This document shows positions 1 to 10,985 of a DNA stretch of 64,000 bases, piece after piece. The DNA is taken from assembly GCA_905178155.1 (NCBI GenBank), contig CAJINV010000010.1, positions 1,505,750 to 1,569,749 on the forward strand, written 5' to 3'. This DNA comes from Amoebophrya sp. A120 (taxonomy: Eukaryota; Protista; Dinoflagellata). A program made the position numbers and the translations under genes. The notes under the pieces are model-generated. The model saw nothing but the letters and a program-made list of their open reading frames with translations, searched no databases and was not told where the DNA came from. Every line of letters begins with the position of its first letter. Position 1 is the stretch's first letter.

Positions 1-76
1 GTCCGAATCCCGGAACGCGCATTTTTTTCTCAGCGATTCTGGAGACCCTCTCCTCCGCTTTCCGGATGTTGCAGTG

Positions 77-187
77 GTTCCCTTCGCTCAGTGGTACTAG
101 GGCGCCTGCTCCACCCCCTGTTTCAACTATAAGAAATTGCAAAGTCCCCGGGGGTCGTGGGCGCGGGTTCGATCCCCACAGGGAGCG
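77..187 (+). pseudogene. Degenerate copy of the extended-arm tRNA-like gene
   Basis: GTTCCCT/AGGGAGC acceptor stem, A-box-like TCGCTCAGTGG, B-box GGTTCGATCC and a downstream T-run. D-arm, T-stem and central arm are mismatched or expanded relative to copies 2 and 3. Confidence 0.6.
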
Positions 188-338
188 CTTTTTGCTGCGA
201 TCTTGTTTCCACAGAACAAATACAAGTGCCTTGAACTACTGGTGCCATGTGTTTTCAAGAGCCTGCCTCAGAGCATTGCTTTTCAGCGTAAATAGAATCA
301 TGCGAGTTGTTGTTTTGCCCGAATGTCTGTGTTTAGCA

Positions 339-357
339 CAGCAATTCTGGTGACCCT
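339..357 (+). promoter_or_regulatory. Candidate upstream promoter element CAGCRATTCTGGNGACCCT (also at 31 and 632)
   Basis: Same motif 46-47 nt upstream of all three tRNA-like genes, kept in copy 1 where the flanking sequence has diverged. Confidence 0.4.
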
Positions 358-385
358 CTCTTTGGCTTGCGCAGATGTATCACAA

Positions 386-486
386 GTTCCCTTAGCTCAG
401 TGGCAGAGCGCCCCCATCACTTGATTCAACTTTCGATTGAAAAGCAACTTCGGGGGTGGGCGCGGGTTCGATCCCCGCAGGGAACG
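386..486 (+). tRNA. tRNA-like gene, 101 nt, with a 29-nt insert in the anticodon arm. Proximal loop reads CAC if spliced; distal loop is CT-TTC-GA.
   Basis: Perfect acceptor (GTTCCCT/AGGGAAC), D-arm (GCTC/GAGC), CCCCC/GGGGG stem, T-arm (GCGGG TTCGATC CCCGC) and G discriminator. Amino-acid identity is ambiguous. Confidence 0.75.
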
Positions 487-678
487 CTCTTTGTTGTGAT
501 TTTTGCACAAGAAGTACGTTGAATTACTGCTGCCATGTGTTTCTATGGACCTACCGAAGAGCATTGCATGCTTTTCAGCGTAATAACAGAGCGAGGAGGT
601 GTTGTTTTTGCCCGAGTGTCTGTGTTTAGCACAGCAATTCTGGCGACCCTTTCTTTGGCTTACGCGGGCATATCAATA

Positions 679-779
679 GTTCCCTTAGCTCAGTGGTAGA
701 GCGCCCCCATCACTTTATTCGACTGCAATTCGAAAATGAACCTCGGGGGTGGGCGCGGGTTCGATCCCCGCAGGGAACG
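679..779 (+). tRNA. tRNA-like gene, 101 nt, with a 29-nt insert in the anticodon arm. Proximal CAC; distal loop is CT-GCA-AT.
   Basis: Body identical to 386-486 except one D-loop base. Followed by TTTTT, like a Pol III terminator. Confidence 0.75.
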
Positions 780-892
780 GCATTTTTGAATGTGTAGCAA
801 GAGAAAGACACTGGGGTCGGTGTGTTGCATCACAAGAAGTTTGTAATTTTTTTTTTGCGATATTTATCTAAAACACGCTCTACCTACGACAG

Positions 893-1551
893 ACAACAAC
901 TCCAATTCCGCTGGGCACAACTCCTCCATCGGGGACCGGCAATCCATGAAAACCATCACCGACATCCGCGAATCCGGCCTGTACCAAAACCACACGCTGC
1001 TTACCAACCGGAAGAAGAAGCTGCTGAATCGCCTGCCGATCCAGGCGTACACCCTGCACCCGGAGCAGGCGAACAGTGACATCTCGCAGTTGAAGCAGCA
1101 GGTAGAGTTGTTGGATAAAAAGCTTGTCGACCAGAGAAACAAAATCCAGGAGCAATACAGCGAAATCATAGAGAACAAGAAGAAGTTCCGGCAGATTCAA
1201 GGATTGTATTTGACCCCTACAAAGGAGATGGAGTACGTTCAAAACGTGTTCCGTCGGTTTATCGCGACCATGCCGCCGGACTCGCAGTGCAAATCGCTGC
1301 TGCCCGTCATGTACAAATTCTTCCAGATCGATCCACCACAACTACAAGCGTCGGTCATGGGAACTGCGGGTGGAGGAGGAGTTGCTGCACAAGCACAAAC
1401 TGCGCCCAGCGCTGCTGGGGCTGGCGGAACTGCGGCGGCTCCGAATAGCGGCACCACGACGGCAACGACGACGCCGGTGGTCAGTACGGTGACGAGCGGA
1501 GAGGATGTTTTGATGAATTCCAGTGGAGGAGGCGAAGCGGCGAAGGTGTGA
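893..1551 (+). CDS. Last exon (or 3' part) of a coiled-coil, GRIP-domain golgin-like protein
   Basis: Coiled coil followed by EMEYVQNVFRRFI...LLPVMYKFF, resembling the GRIP consensus EYLKNV..F...LLPVI. The frame is open back to an AG at 891-892 preceded by a poly-T tract; ATG 946 is an alternative start. Confidence 0.6.
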
Positions 1552-2268
1552 TGCAGTTGTGCAGCAGATGAGGTTTTTTGTTCCTCTTCGCATGCTATGT
1601 ATGGCTATGGATAAAACAAACAACTCCGATTTTGTACCTGAACACGGTTAAATCCTTTGAACGAACACGAAGAAGAAGTTCTTGAAGTACGGCACAGCTC
1701 TTTGTTGATCCCCCGGAGCACGACCGTTATGAAGTGCAGAAAGATGTTGAGTCGCGAAAGATCAGTCCTCCAGATGAAACGTTCGACATGATGTTCTTCA
1801 CATGTGCGACGTATTTTGACGCGGCCACGCGCAGATTGTCTTTTTGAGAAGAGCACAGCTTGGAGCGGCATCGTGCTGTAGTGTAGTAGGTAGGAACTGT
1901 GAATGCGAGTAGTCGTGCTGCACATGAAGATACTTCCATTTTGAAGATGAAGCTGCAGCGAGGTATCTTCTACAGAGTCACTCCGTAATTTCTGCAGCGT
2001 CGTGATGTAGAATTTCTATCTTTGAGTCAAATTGTTCTTGCTCACACGTGTGTAAGTAGGTACCAGGTGCCTGTGATATAATAACGTAGTTACCTCCTGT
2101 TTCGGTATTGGTGCCAAAAAGAGCCTTAGCAAGAAAGGAATAGACAAGAGCTTTTCCTCAAAGAACTTTTCAACGTATAGTACGGACACTTCATGACGCA
2201 TTCTCTCAACATGGTGTGACTTCTCTAAAGTATTCAACCGCAAGGACAAAAACCAACCGCAGCCTCCC

Positions 2269-5200
2269 ATGGCAGCTGCCCTCGCCAGCCCCTCGTCCCC
2301 GTCCACCCCGGTGCACTACATGACCCGGGGCGCGACCTTCCCCACCCCCGGCCGCCCGGACCACTTGCTCTCCTCCATCAGCCGGGACCTGGTAGATCCG
2401 AGTGTGTTGAGTTCTCCGGCGCCGAAGGGAGTTGTTGCATCATCGAGGACGAGGAGCAAGGATCATTTGCTTTTGCAGAATAACGATCCGAAAAGTATGA
2501 GGACCAGCACGAGGAGATCCGGGTCCCGGCCAGGTTCAAGAGGAGCTCAAGCTGAACTACTGGAACAAACAGCAACTAGACGTGGATCATCTTCCTCCGC
2601 GAGTAGACCCTCACGAGAGAGGGACTACGAGCAGACATCAGCTAGGCCGTCTGCCGCGGGATTGAAGAAGACAAGCAGTCGGTACTCCACTGCCGCCGGC
2701 CGAGATTCGGATCATATGAGAACAGAGCAAGAAAGACGATCCGGAGCATCGCAACAGCGCTCATCAAAAATGAAAAGTGTAGCAAAGACGAGTCAATCAC
2801 GACCTAACACATCTACTTCCAACGCGAGGGTTTTATCGAGGAAAGAAAGCGCGGTTGCACCTGCAACCACAATGCAGAACGCGGCTGGGCGACGATCAGC
2901 AGCTTCGAAAAAAGCTACAGTGTCGGAGCGGTATTCGAAATACAGTGGGAGGCTAACAAGAAACGATGATCACGGTGGTGAATCAGCAGGCAGTGAAGAT
3001 GCTAGCAGTTCGGAAGTAGCGCAGCAAGAGAGTTTCGAACAGGAGCACGATTCTACCATGCTGGAGGATGCTGGCGATCTCACGGTACAGGAGCAATTGG
3101 AAGCAGATGGCAGCGTCGTCGACGAAAACACTCTGTATGTACGCGACAGCAAAGGCCGTTTTGTCGAAGTAGAGGTCGCAGCTGCAGCTCCTACTACCGC
3201 GAGACCACAGAAGACCAGCAGATCGTCCGGAGCAAGTTGTAAAAGTGTGAACAAAATTTCAACTGTTTCTTCCAGCAGATCATCCCGTAGGTCCACCACT
3301 GCGACGACTCCAAGGACCGCATCTCACACCAGTCCCGCCGCGACCACGCCGGGGACTGAAGTCGTGGAGGGGATGCTGGTCGTCCGTCCGTCTTCTAGTA
3401 GAAGAAGTGCTGCAGGAGCTGAAAGCAACAACAAGAACAGCAAAAAGCTTTCCTCCAAAGAATTCTTTGCGGAGACGGTGCAGAGAACGGTCTCCGCGAT
3501 CAGCAACGCACTGGAGCAGTCGATTGCTGGGAAGGCGTATCAAATGTAAAAATGTCTGGGTCTGGAAGAATGCAACTTGTCATGCTAAATCTGCAGCGTG
3601 CAAAAATCTGTGTTGCATGATTACCAAAAGCCGTCGAGTTTTGACCAAGTCGGGAGGCAGTTTCTCATGCAGGATAGGCATGAGAAAGGTCGCCCAGAAT
3701 CTGTCATGCTGGGCCCTCCATTCCAGACCTCATGGGTCATGGAAAAGCTGCATTACAAATCGCGCACTCTTCCAGACCCAGACACTTTTACGTTTGATAC
3801 GGCGAGCGTCGTGAATGCTGGAGCTGGTTGTAGGGGGAGCGGCGTGTCAATTCCGTCTTCTGTCGCCCACCTGCCGGGAGAACAAATTCATCCGGGCAGT
3901 GCAGTAAGCAGGAGTTCTGTAAAGCCTCCGTCTTTCCGCGGATCTGTCATCCCAGCCGCTATGCCGGGCATGGAGGACGATGAAATGATCACCGGCGATT
4001 TTGGTGACATACAAAATTATGACCAGCGGCAGAGCGAGGTAGCTTTACCAAATGAAGAGGAAACCAGCTTCCTCTACGACAAAAGTGGCCGACCGGTGAT
4101 GCCGTCACCTTTTGGTGCCTCTACTGCAGGCGCCACTTATTCTGCGCACGGCAATGGTGGTCGATCCAGTGCTGCAGCGGGCTTCCATCGAGATCTGGGC
4201 TCCACGGTTCGAAACTCGGTGGCCACATCAACTCCATCACCTCTAACAACCGGTGCCGCGGCTTCACTTTTCTCCGGACAGCAGCAGAAACGGTTGTCAG
4301 GACCGGGTAGTACAACTGCGCGAACGCTGAACCAACCGACAATGTTTGGAGCTGAACCGCAGGAACAGGAAAGCTTATTGACATCGATGATTGGAAGCCA
4401 TCGCGTGCGGGGGTTCTACGGTAAAGTCATGATCGTGTTTGTGTTGATTGGTTGTCCTTCTTGTTTTGCATGACAAAGTTGAACGGTATTGCTTTCGGAG
4501 CATAACAAACTGAAACCGAGTGAAGATTTCCACACATGCCTATAGGTGAAGACGTCGACTGGTGCAAGCCATACTACATTGTGGATGAGGAAAGCTGCGC
4601 GACTAACATGCAGCCCCCGTCCCCCGTCCAGCTAGATTTCAATGCGAGCAATTTTGTGAAAAATGTGGAAAGTTATAGACAGAACCAGGATCATCTCCCT
4701 TTCACAAAAAGCTACACGACATTCACGACTTCCAGTAGGACGAACCAACCGCAACAGCGGCAGCAGCAACACCAATCTGCGCCTTCGGTGAAGATGCACC
4801 CTCCGGCGCATGCGCAACCACCGCCGCCACAGCGGACCTGGTCGAGCCAGACACTGTTGGCAAGCAACACTCATTTCAACACGAATCTTGGTCAGCAGCA
4901 GGAAAACGAGATGTTGGTTGCGAACGATTTCAGTAGCAGAAACAGTGGCCAGGGTCAGAGTATGAATGTAAAAATCCCAACCCCACGCACCGTCTCCTTT
5001 GCGGAGCGACATCACAGTATTCTACCGGATAATTACGACCAGGAGAGCGGGAGCGGGAGCGGCTCCATGGACGGATTTAATATCTTCGACGAGGCCGAGC
5101 TGCAGGCGAGGATGCTGAAAAGGGACAGCATGGCCTTGAACAGTGGAAGATTGATGATGGCGTCGGCTGCGTCTACGTCTGGACCAGCTGTGTCGACTTC

Positions 5201-6628
5201 GACAACCACTTCTTCACGATCAAAGCTACCGAATAAAGCTTGTTCATCGTCTTCATCAAAGCGGAAAAAACGCGAGAAAACGGAAAAGCGACAGCACAGG
5301 AGAAAGAACAGAAAGCATCGCAGTTCTTCGAGAACAAGTTCGGGCTCTTCAACTTCGTATGAGGACGAAACGGACGATGGCAGTCGGAGAGGTACGAAAC
5401 GCGGTGACAGCGACAGCGACGGTGGAAGATCGATGAATAAACCCACTTTAACTCGGACAAAATCTTCCTTCAATAGTTCTTCGTCGAATCTGTTAAGTCA
5501 ACAACAAAATCAGCAGCAGCAGCAGGAATTTCTTCAACAACAGCTCCCCCCGCAACGCCTCTCCACCCAGGATTTCCGGTCGCCCGCGAGTAGCTTTGGG
5601 GATGAAGAGCGGAAACTCATCGAGCATGGCGTAGTGAAGGAACCGAGTTTAATGGACGGGATGGGTATGCGATAGCAATACAAATTTCCCATATACGACG
5701 TACAGAATGCATGACAAATTTTGTCAACTTCGAGGATGTCACTTGTCATGCTGAATAGAATTGAAAGGAACTTTTGTCATGCAGAAGCCTTTGGTCATGC
5801 TTTTTGTATGCGAGGCGATGGGTTACCCGGTCGGCAGAGCCGATCCACAACGAACGAAAGAAGCCGCATCTGTTTTAGTTTTTGTACGTGACCACGTCGT
5901 GTGCGGGAAGTTCTCTCTGCATAACAGTAGACTTACTGTTTGGCGGGAATGAGGAGGACGAAGGAGGTGATGACGGCTTGAAATTTTCTGCGCAAACAAA
6001 CTCTACTTCAAAGAAAGCGCCTTCTTCCAGTAAAAACTCCGCGCTGAAGAAGCGAAAGCACGGCCAAGAACATCAACTCCAGCAAGGTCGTCAAAGTGGT
6101 CAAAATCGAAAGAATAAGTTCCGGAACAAGAGTTACAACCGAACCAGTGCTAGTAGTCGTGCCGCAAGTAGGCGCAGAAGGAGACACAGATCCGGGGGAA
6201 CGAGCGGAAGCTCGGTGTCGCAAAGGAGACCACGACGAAGAAGTACAAACAGGGACGATAAAGACAAGGATCGAAGTGGCCGGAGAGGTGATAGGAAGAA
6301 GAAACACATCAAGACTGCACCTCCTTCGAGAAGACACCGGTCGGGCAGCACATCTGGGGACGGGGAAGTTGTAGAGGGTGAAGATTTGTTCGAACAAGAT
6401 GCTGAGGCTCATAACGAAATCACGTCTAGTCGGGGAAGCTCGCGCTCCACATCAAGATCACGATCAGCCTCGTCACGAAGCGGCCACTCGTCGAAACGGT
6501 CCGATGAACGCGGGGGCGGTGGAGGAAGAAGGAAAAATCACAAGCGTTCGGACAGAGATCGGCATAAGAACAGAAAGAAAGCCAAGCGGAAGCAGGGCTC
6601 GCAGGAAGAGGAAGAGGATGAAGAGTGA
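2269..6628 (+). CDS. Large Ser/Arg/Lys-rich low-complexity hypothetical protein; exons 2269-3536, 3804-4420, 4546-5664, 5928-6628
   Basis: Four consecutive + ORFs join in frame through one TIR intron (267 nt), one GT-AG intron (4421-4545) and one TIR-derived GT-AG intron (5665-5927). Confidence 0.75.
3538..3799. mobile_element. Introner, family A
   Basis: TIR TATCAAATGTAAAAATGTCTGGGTCTGGAAGA; DR aggcg/cggcg; 262+5 nt keeps frame. Confidence 0.9.
5666..5923. mobile_element. Degenerate introner now bounded by GT-AG
   Basis: Residual TIR TATGC..TTCCC..ACGACGT; DR lost (atggg/acagt); intron 5665-5927 = element+5. Confidence 0.75.
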
Positions 6629-7639
6629 GGACGGCGGGTTTGGCAACCACGCTGCTGGGCTTCATAATTTCTGAGGTCATTACACACACATGGAGCAAAG
6701 TGCCTTTCTTGCAGCTGATTCTTCTGTAGAACCAAAGAAGCCCGTGCTGTCTGTTTCGACGAACACTATGTTGACAAATTCGTTTCCGATTTAGAGGAAT
6801 TCCTTTTCAAGAGAAAGACTAAGACCTGAGGTGAAGTTCCTCATTGTCGAGTTTTTTCGGTATACAAATGAACACTAATAGCGATGAAGATGTTGTTGAT
6901 GTCTGACTTCTGCTTTGTCAAGTCCTCAGCTATTTTTTCGTAGGTGGATCGACTTCAGTACGGAGTAAATCAAAATGAAGAAGTTGCCCAGCTAGAGAAT
7001 AACAAACTCCGACTGGCACCCCGTTCAGTTGTGTCACCATGCAAGTGGCCTACTGGTGTTCCTTTACTTTGTTCTGCCCTAATGATGTTTAAGCGCAAGT
7101 AAAAATCGCAGTCAGCAGTGATTCGGTTCTTGTCATAATCGGTAGGATTTGTTTCGGTATCAAGAAGACCGTTCGTTTGGTCTTATGAGATGAAAGTGTA
7201 GCACTTTACCTACAAATTCACGACGACGAGTAGACAGCATTGAATGTTGAACTTCATAGAGGTCCAGGTAGTTCTTCTTCTTCGTTTGAACAACTCAGAG
7301 TCCTCATGACATCGTGATGCAGAAACAATCCACAAAATTACTAGGCCTACGTAGAACTCCAGAGGAGTAATCGTAATTAGATCTGCGTCCTCGCAGCTAC
7401 CCTCGGCAATTGGTGACTGCCGGATCAAGTGCTAGAACTAGTAGTGCATCACGATTTTACAACATGAAAAAGCAGAACGGCGCTGCGAAGTGAATGCACT
7501 GAGTAGAAGCTTAAACCTTTCCGGAGTATATGTAGCTCCTGTTGGCTTATTTTCACTTATTCAGCTGTTGGAACTGACTCCGCCTCCAATTATCGGCCCC
7601 CGTAGCTAGTTGTGCAACAGCACATCAAAAATCACGATC

Positions 7640-10600
7640 ATGTCCTTCTTCTTCACGTCCACTTTTCGTCACCTCCCGCAAACCGCCCTCCGGCTCACCG
7701 GCGCCACGACCGCGGTTTCTTGTGAGGAAATCCGGAAGGGGGAAGTGGTCAACTGGTCAGGTACCAGGAAATCCGGCAAGAATGCCGAGACGGTTGTTGT
7801 GGAAGATACAGAGGATTTGGCGACATTTATGGAGAAAAGAAAGCAGGAACTGCTGAGCCAAAGACTGTACTCTCCGTCGTACCGCAGAAGTCATCAAAGT
7901 GGCACGACAATCACGAACCTCGCGGATGCCATCCCGCGGCAGAATTTCCTCCGACCTCTAGGTGCGTGTTTGAGTCCGAACGGAGCAGGATTGATCGCTG
8001 TGGAGGAGGAGGAAATACTGAAGAACATCAAAGCGGATGAAAATGATTTCACATCCAGCAATACAAACTCCCCTTCAACAACAACAGCACCCGCTGCTCA
8101 AATGTTGTCCTGCGAAAAACTTCGGGACATCAAAATCGACAAGGAAAACATGACCATCACTGTTGGTGCGGGCTGCACGGTGCAGGAGGTGTTGGAAACT
8201 TTGGATGAGCAGAATTTGACTCTCTCGAACTTCTCCTCTGTCACCGACCAAACCATCGCAGGGTGGACGCAGGTTGGAGCGCACGGAACGGGGGTGTACG
8301 ATTCAACGGTAGATGACATGGTGGTTGGTATTGAGGTCGTCACGCCGAGCAGTCACGGGGTCGTGAAATTGGACAAGAAACAGCTGGAGGGAGAACTTTC
8401 AAAAGCTACATCCTCTAGTAATGCAACGGCCGGATCCACTACTACTGCACTTTCTTCCTCGTCTTCTCAACTCGCGTCCAAACTCGAGGATTTCTACCAT
8501 CTGCGCTGCGGCCTGGGTTTGTTCGGCGTGGTTTCCTCCCTGACGCTGAAGGTGGTGCCGAAATTTCAGCTGAAAGAGTCAATCTACGTTTTGACCAGGA
8601 AAGAAGTGGTGAACGGGCACCGGGAGCGGATCAGGAGACACCGGCTATGAATTGCAAGAGCATCGTACTAGTACAAATTGCATATACAGATTTTCTCAGC
8701 GTGAAAAATTGAATTTGTCACTCTGTTTTACCTTGCTGGAAAGAAAATTTGTCATGCATGCCTGCAAGTAGTACGGGTACGAAACTTTTGCACAGGATAC
8801 CGGCACGTCAGGTACCACTGGATCCCCTGGACAGAAGACGTGGTGGTCACGGTGTGTGATCCAGTGCTGGGGAATACTTCAAGTTCTGGCTCCAATATAT
8901 CGACTGCGAGGTCACTGGAAAAAATGCAACCTGACAGTGAAGAAGACGACGCAGAGGAATCTTCCTTCGCGCCAGAAAGGGAGTCGTATCTGACAAAACT
9001 GTATCCTGTGCAAAAGTATCGCACTCGTACAAATGCAAGTCTTGCATTACAAATCTTGTTTTCAAGGGCAAGGCAAATCCGCATTACAAATTTTATTTCT
9101 AATGCTGAGGACGAGATTTGTAATGCATTTATACGAATACGATACTTTTGCAGTTCATAAACTGAACGAAAAAACCAACACGATCGGTGCTTTAGACACA
9201 GCAACCGTGAAGGAGGTGAACCAGATATCAAACAAAAAGGTGCTATACATTAACGGTTTCCAGAGGTTGCAGCTATGCACGACAGATTTTTCCTAGAATG
9301 CACGGCATGCAATACAAATTTAGGCTCCCTTTCTAATGCGGTCCTGCATTACAAATTCCGTTAACGTTAACGCTTTTTCCTGTGATACCAAAAAGAAGCA
9401 CAGTTTTGGCGGAATTTGGTGCAGAAAAGGGGAAAACGGTTTACGGAGGAATTGAAGAGCCAGGACGTCGGAGGCGGTGGGTATCATTTCTACGGTGAGC
9501 CGTTGTCGAAAACAAGCAACAACAGAAATTCGCTATCGCTGAGGAATCGGTCTGCAAGGTCCGGCGCTCAACAAGACGCCCTATTCTCTGATTTCGACCC
9601 GAGGTCTTCTCATTTTCATTGGAACATGGACACGGCGGCGACGATAAGAAATTCTTCTTCATCTTCATCCGCCTCCAGATCTAGCACGACGTCAGCCAAA
9701 GGAGCCAACACTTTCAATTGCAAAGCCCTTCAGAGACAAGCAGACTCCAAAGACATCCTCGGTTTCCAGTGCGGAGGATCGCAGCACGTCATGGAGATTT
9801 GTTTCAAAGTGAACGACAAAGACTTCAACTCCCCCATGACCAGTTTCTCCCGGCCGGAGCACAGTCTGGACAACGATCTCCACTACATGCTGGAACTGCT
9901 GGATATGGCGTTCGCAGACGTTACATTCTCAACTGTTACATGAAATTTGTAATGCAAGAATGGCAAAAGTGAAGGGGAAAAGATTGCGCCTTTTGCATTA
10001 CAGGTTTGGGGCCGATTGTCTTTGTCATGGTATCTAGCGCGTCAAGAACGTGTCATGCGAAGCAGCTTGGTTATGTAGATGTAGATGCTGGTCGTGCCAA
10101 TTTTGCATGACAAAGTCATGTAACAGCTGAGAGTGTAATGTTTGAGAGTCCCATACTGGAAAAGGTGGAGCGGCAGGAAATCGCCGCGCCGTCCCCAATC
10201 GAACAGAGGTGGACCAAAGCGTCGAAGAGCTACCTGTCCCCGTGCTACAGCGAGAAGGACAGCGATATCTTCACGTGGATTGGCGTGATCATGTACCGGG
10301 TGACACCTTCGCCAGATGCAGTTACAGCAACTCCAGCACCGGCGGGATCCGAATCCGAATCTTCATCGGAGGACCACCATGCGGTAAAAATGCAATCAGA
10401 TTCATCCAACCAGGAGACGTCCTCGATATCAAATGCAAGTCTGTCTGGGTCTGGAAGATTGCAAGTTTGTCATGCTTGTCTCACATGACTCTTGACTTGA
10501 ACCTGTAATGCACTTGACAGGAAATAAAGAGCCTCTTGCCTGTCATGCAAAAATGTAGTTTGTCATGCGGAAAGCGAAACACAAAGGAGCCCAGAAACTT

Positions 10601-10985
10601 GTCATGCGTGGCTGCCTATTGGAGTGTCCTCGCAATTCATATTATGAATTGCGAGGACACTCCAACCATATTTGCGAATTTATGACATAAATTAGCATCA
10701 CAAGTTTCCAGACCCAACCATATTTGCGTTTGATAGTCGAGAACGTTAGCCGATATCGAAAACTACTTCAACTACTACGCGGGACAGCACCTCGCTTTGT
10801 GCCTCCGGTATAATGGGGTGGTGCATTGGGGCAAGATGCCGCGGTTTTTCGAACAAGATTTGTACCCGTTGGCGAAAGCTTGTGTGAAGAAAAGATTTGG
10901 GGAAATGAATTTAGAAAGCGTCGGGATGGTTCGCAGGAAATACGATCCACTAAAAATGCTCGGAATGGCGCCGTGGGAGTATTGA
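7640..10985 (+). CDS. GLDH: L-galactono-1,4-lactone dehydrogenase (FAD-linked, probably mitochondrial); exons 7640-8644, 8804-9000, 9164-9224, 9392-9902, 10160-10425, 10740-10985
   Basis: Spliced product has NWSGT, QTIAGWTQVGAHGTG, RCGLGLFGVV, HVRYHWIPWTEDVVVTVCDP, VNQKEAQFW, DILGFQCGGSQHV, APSPIEQRWT, DIFTWIGVIMY and HWGK, matching plant-type GLDH. The N-terminus resembles a transit peptide. Confidence 0.9.
8646..8799. mobile_element. Introner, family B
   Basis: Imperfect TIR ending ACTTTTGCACAGGATA; DR ccggc/ccggc; 154+5. Confidence 0.9.
9002..9159. mobile_element. Introner, family B (opposite orientation to 8646)
   Basis: TIR TATCCTGTGCAAAAGTATCGCACTCGTA; DR aactg/aactg; 158+5. Confidence 0.9.
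9226..9387. mobile_element. Introner, family C
   Basis: TIR TATCA...TTAACGG; DR ccaga/ccaaa; homologous to 58666-58829. Confidence 0.88.
9904..10155. mobile_element. Introner, family D
   Basis: TIR TATGG...CTCAACTGTTACATGA; DR ctgga/ctgga; 252+5. Confidence 0.88.
10427..10735. mobile_element. Introner, family A, with an internal perfect hairpin
   Basis: TIR TATCAAATGCAA...GGGTCTGGAA; DR ctcga/gtcga; 309+5. Confidence 0.88.

Larger units (their letters stand above)
31..790 (+). repeat. Tandem array of ~293-309-bp units, each carrying one tRNA-like gene
   Basis: The spacers align (GAACTACTG..GCCATGTGTTT, CTTTTCAGCGTAA, TGTCTGTGTTTAGCACAGCAATTCTGG). Confidence 0.85.

Noticed and set aside
417-419. 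TCA (Sec or UGA-suppressor) anticodon in the tRNA-like genes
   Set aside because: It would need A33 and a shifted stem; there is no long variable arm or extended acceptor stem as in tRNA-Sec.
7640-10985. Pseudogenes disrupted by MITEs, or stop-codon reassignment
   Set aside because: All internal stops fall inside elements and the frames are exactly restored by removal; long ORFs are stop-free under the standard code.
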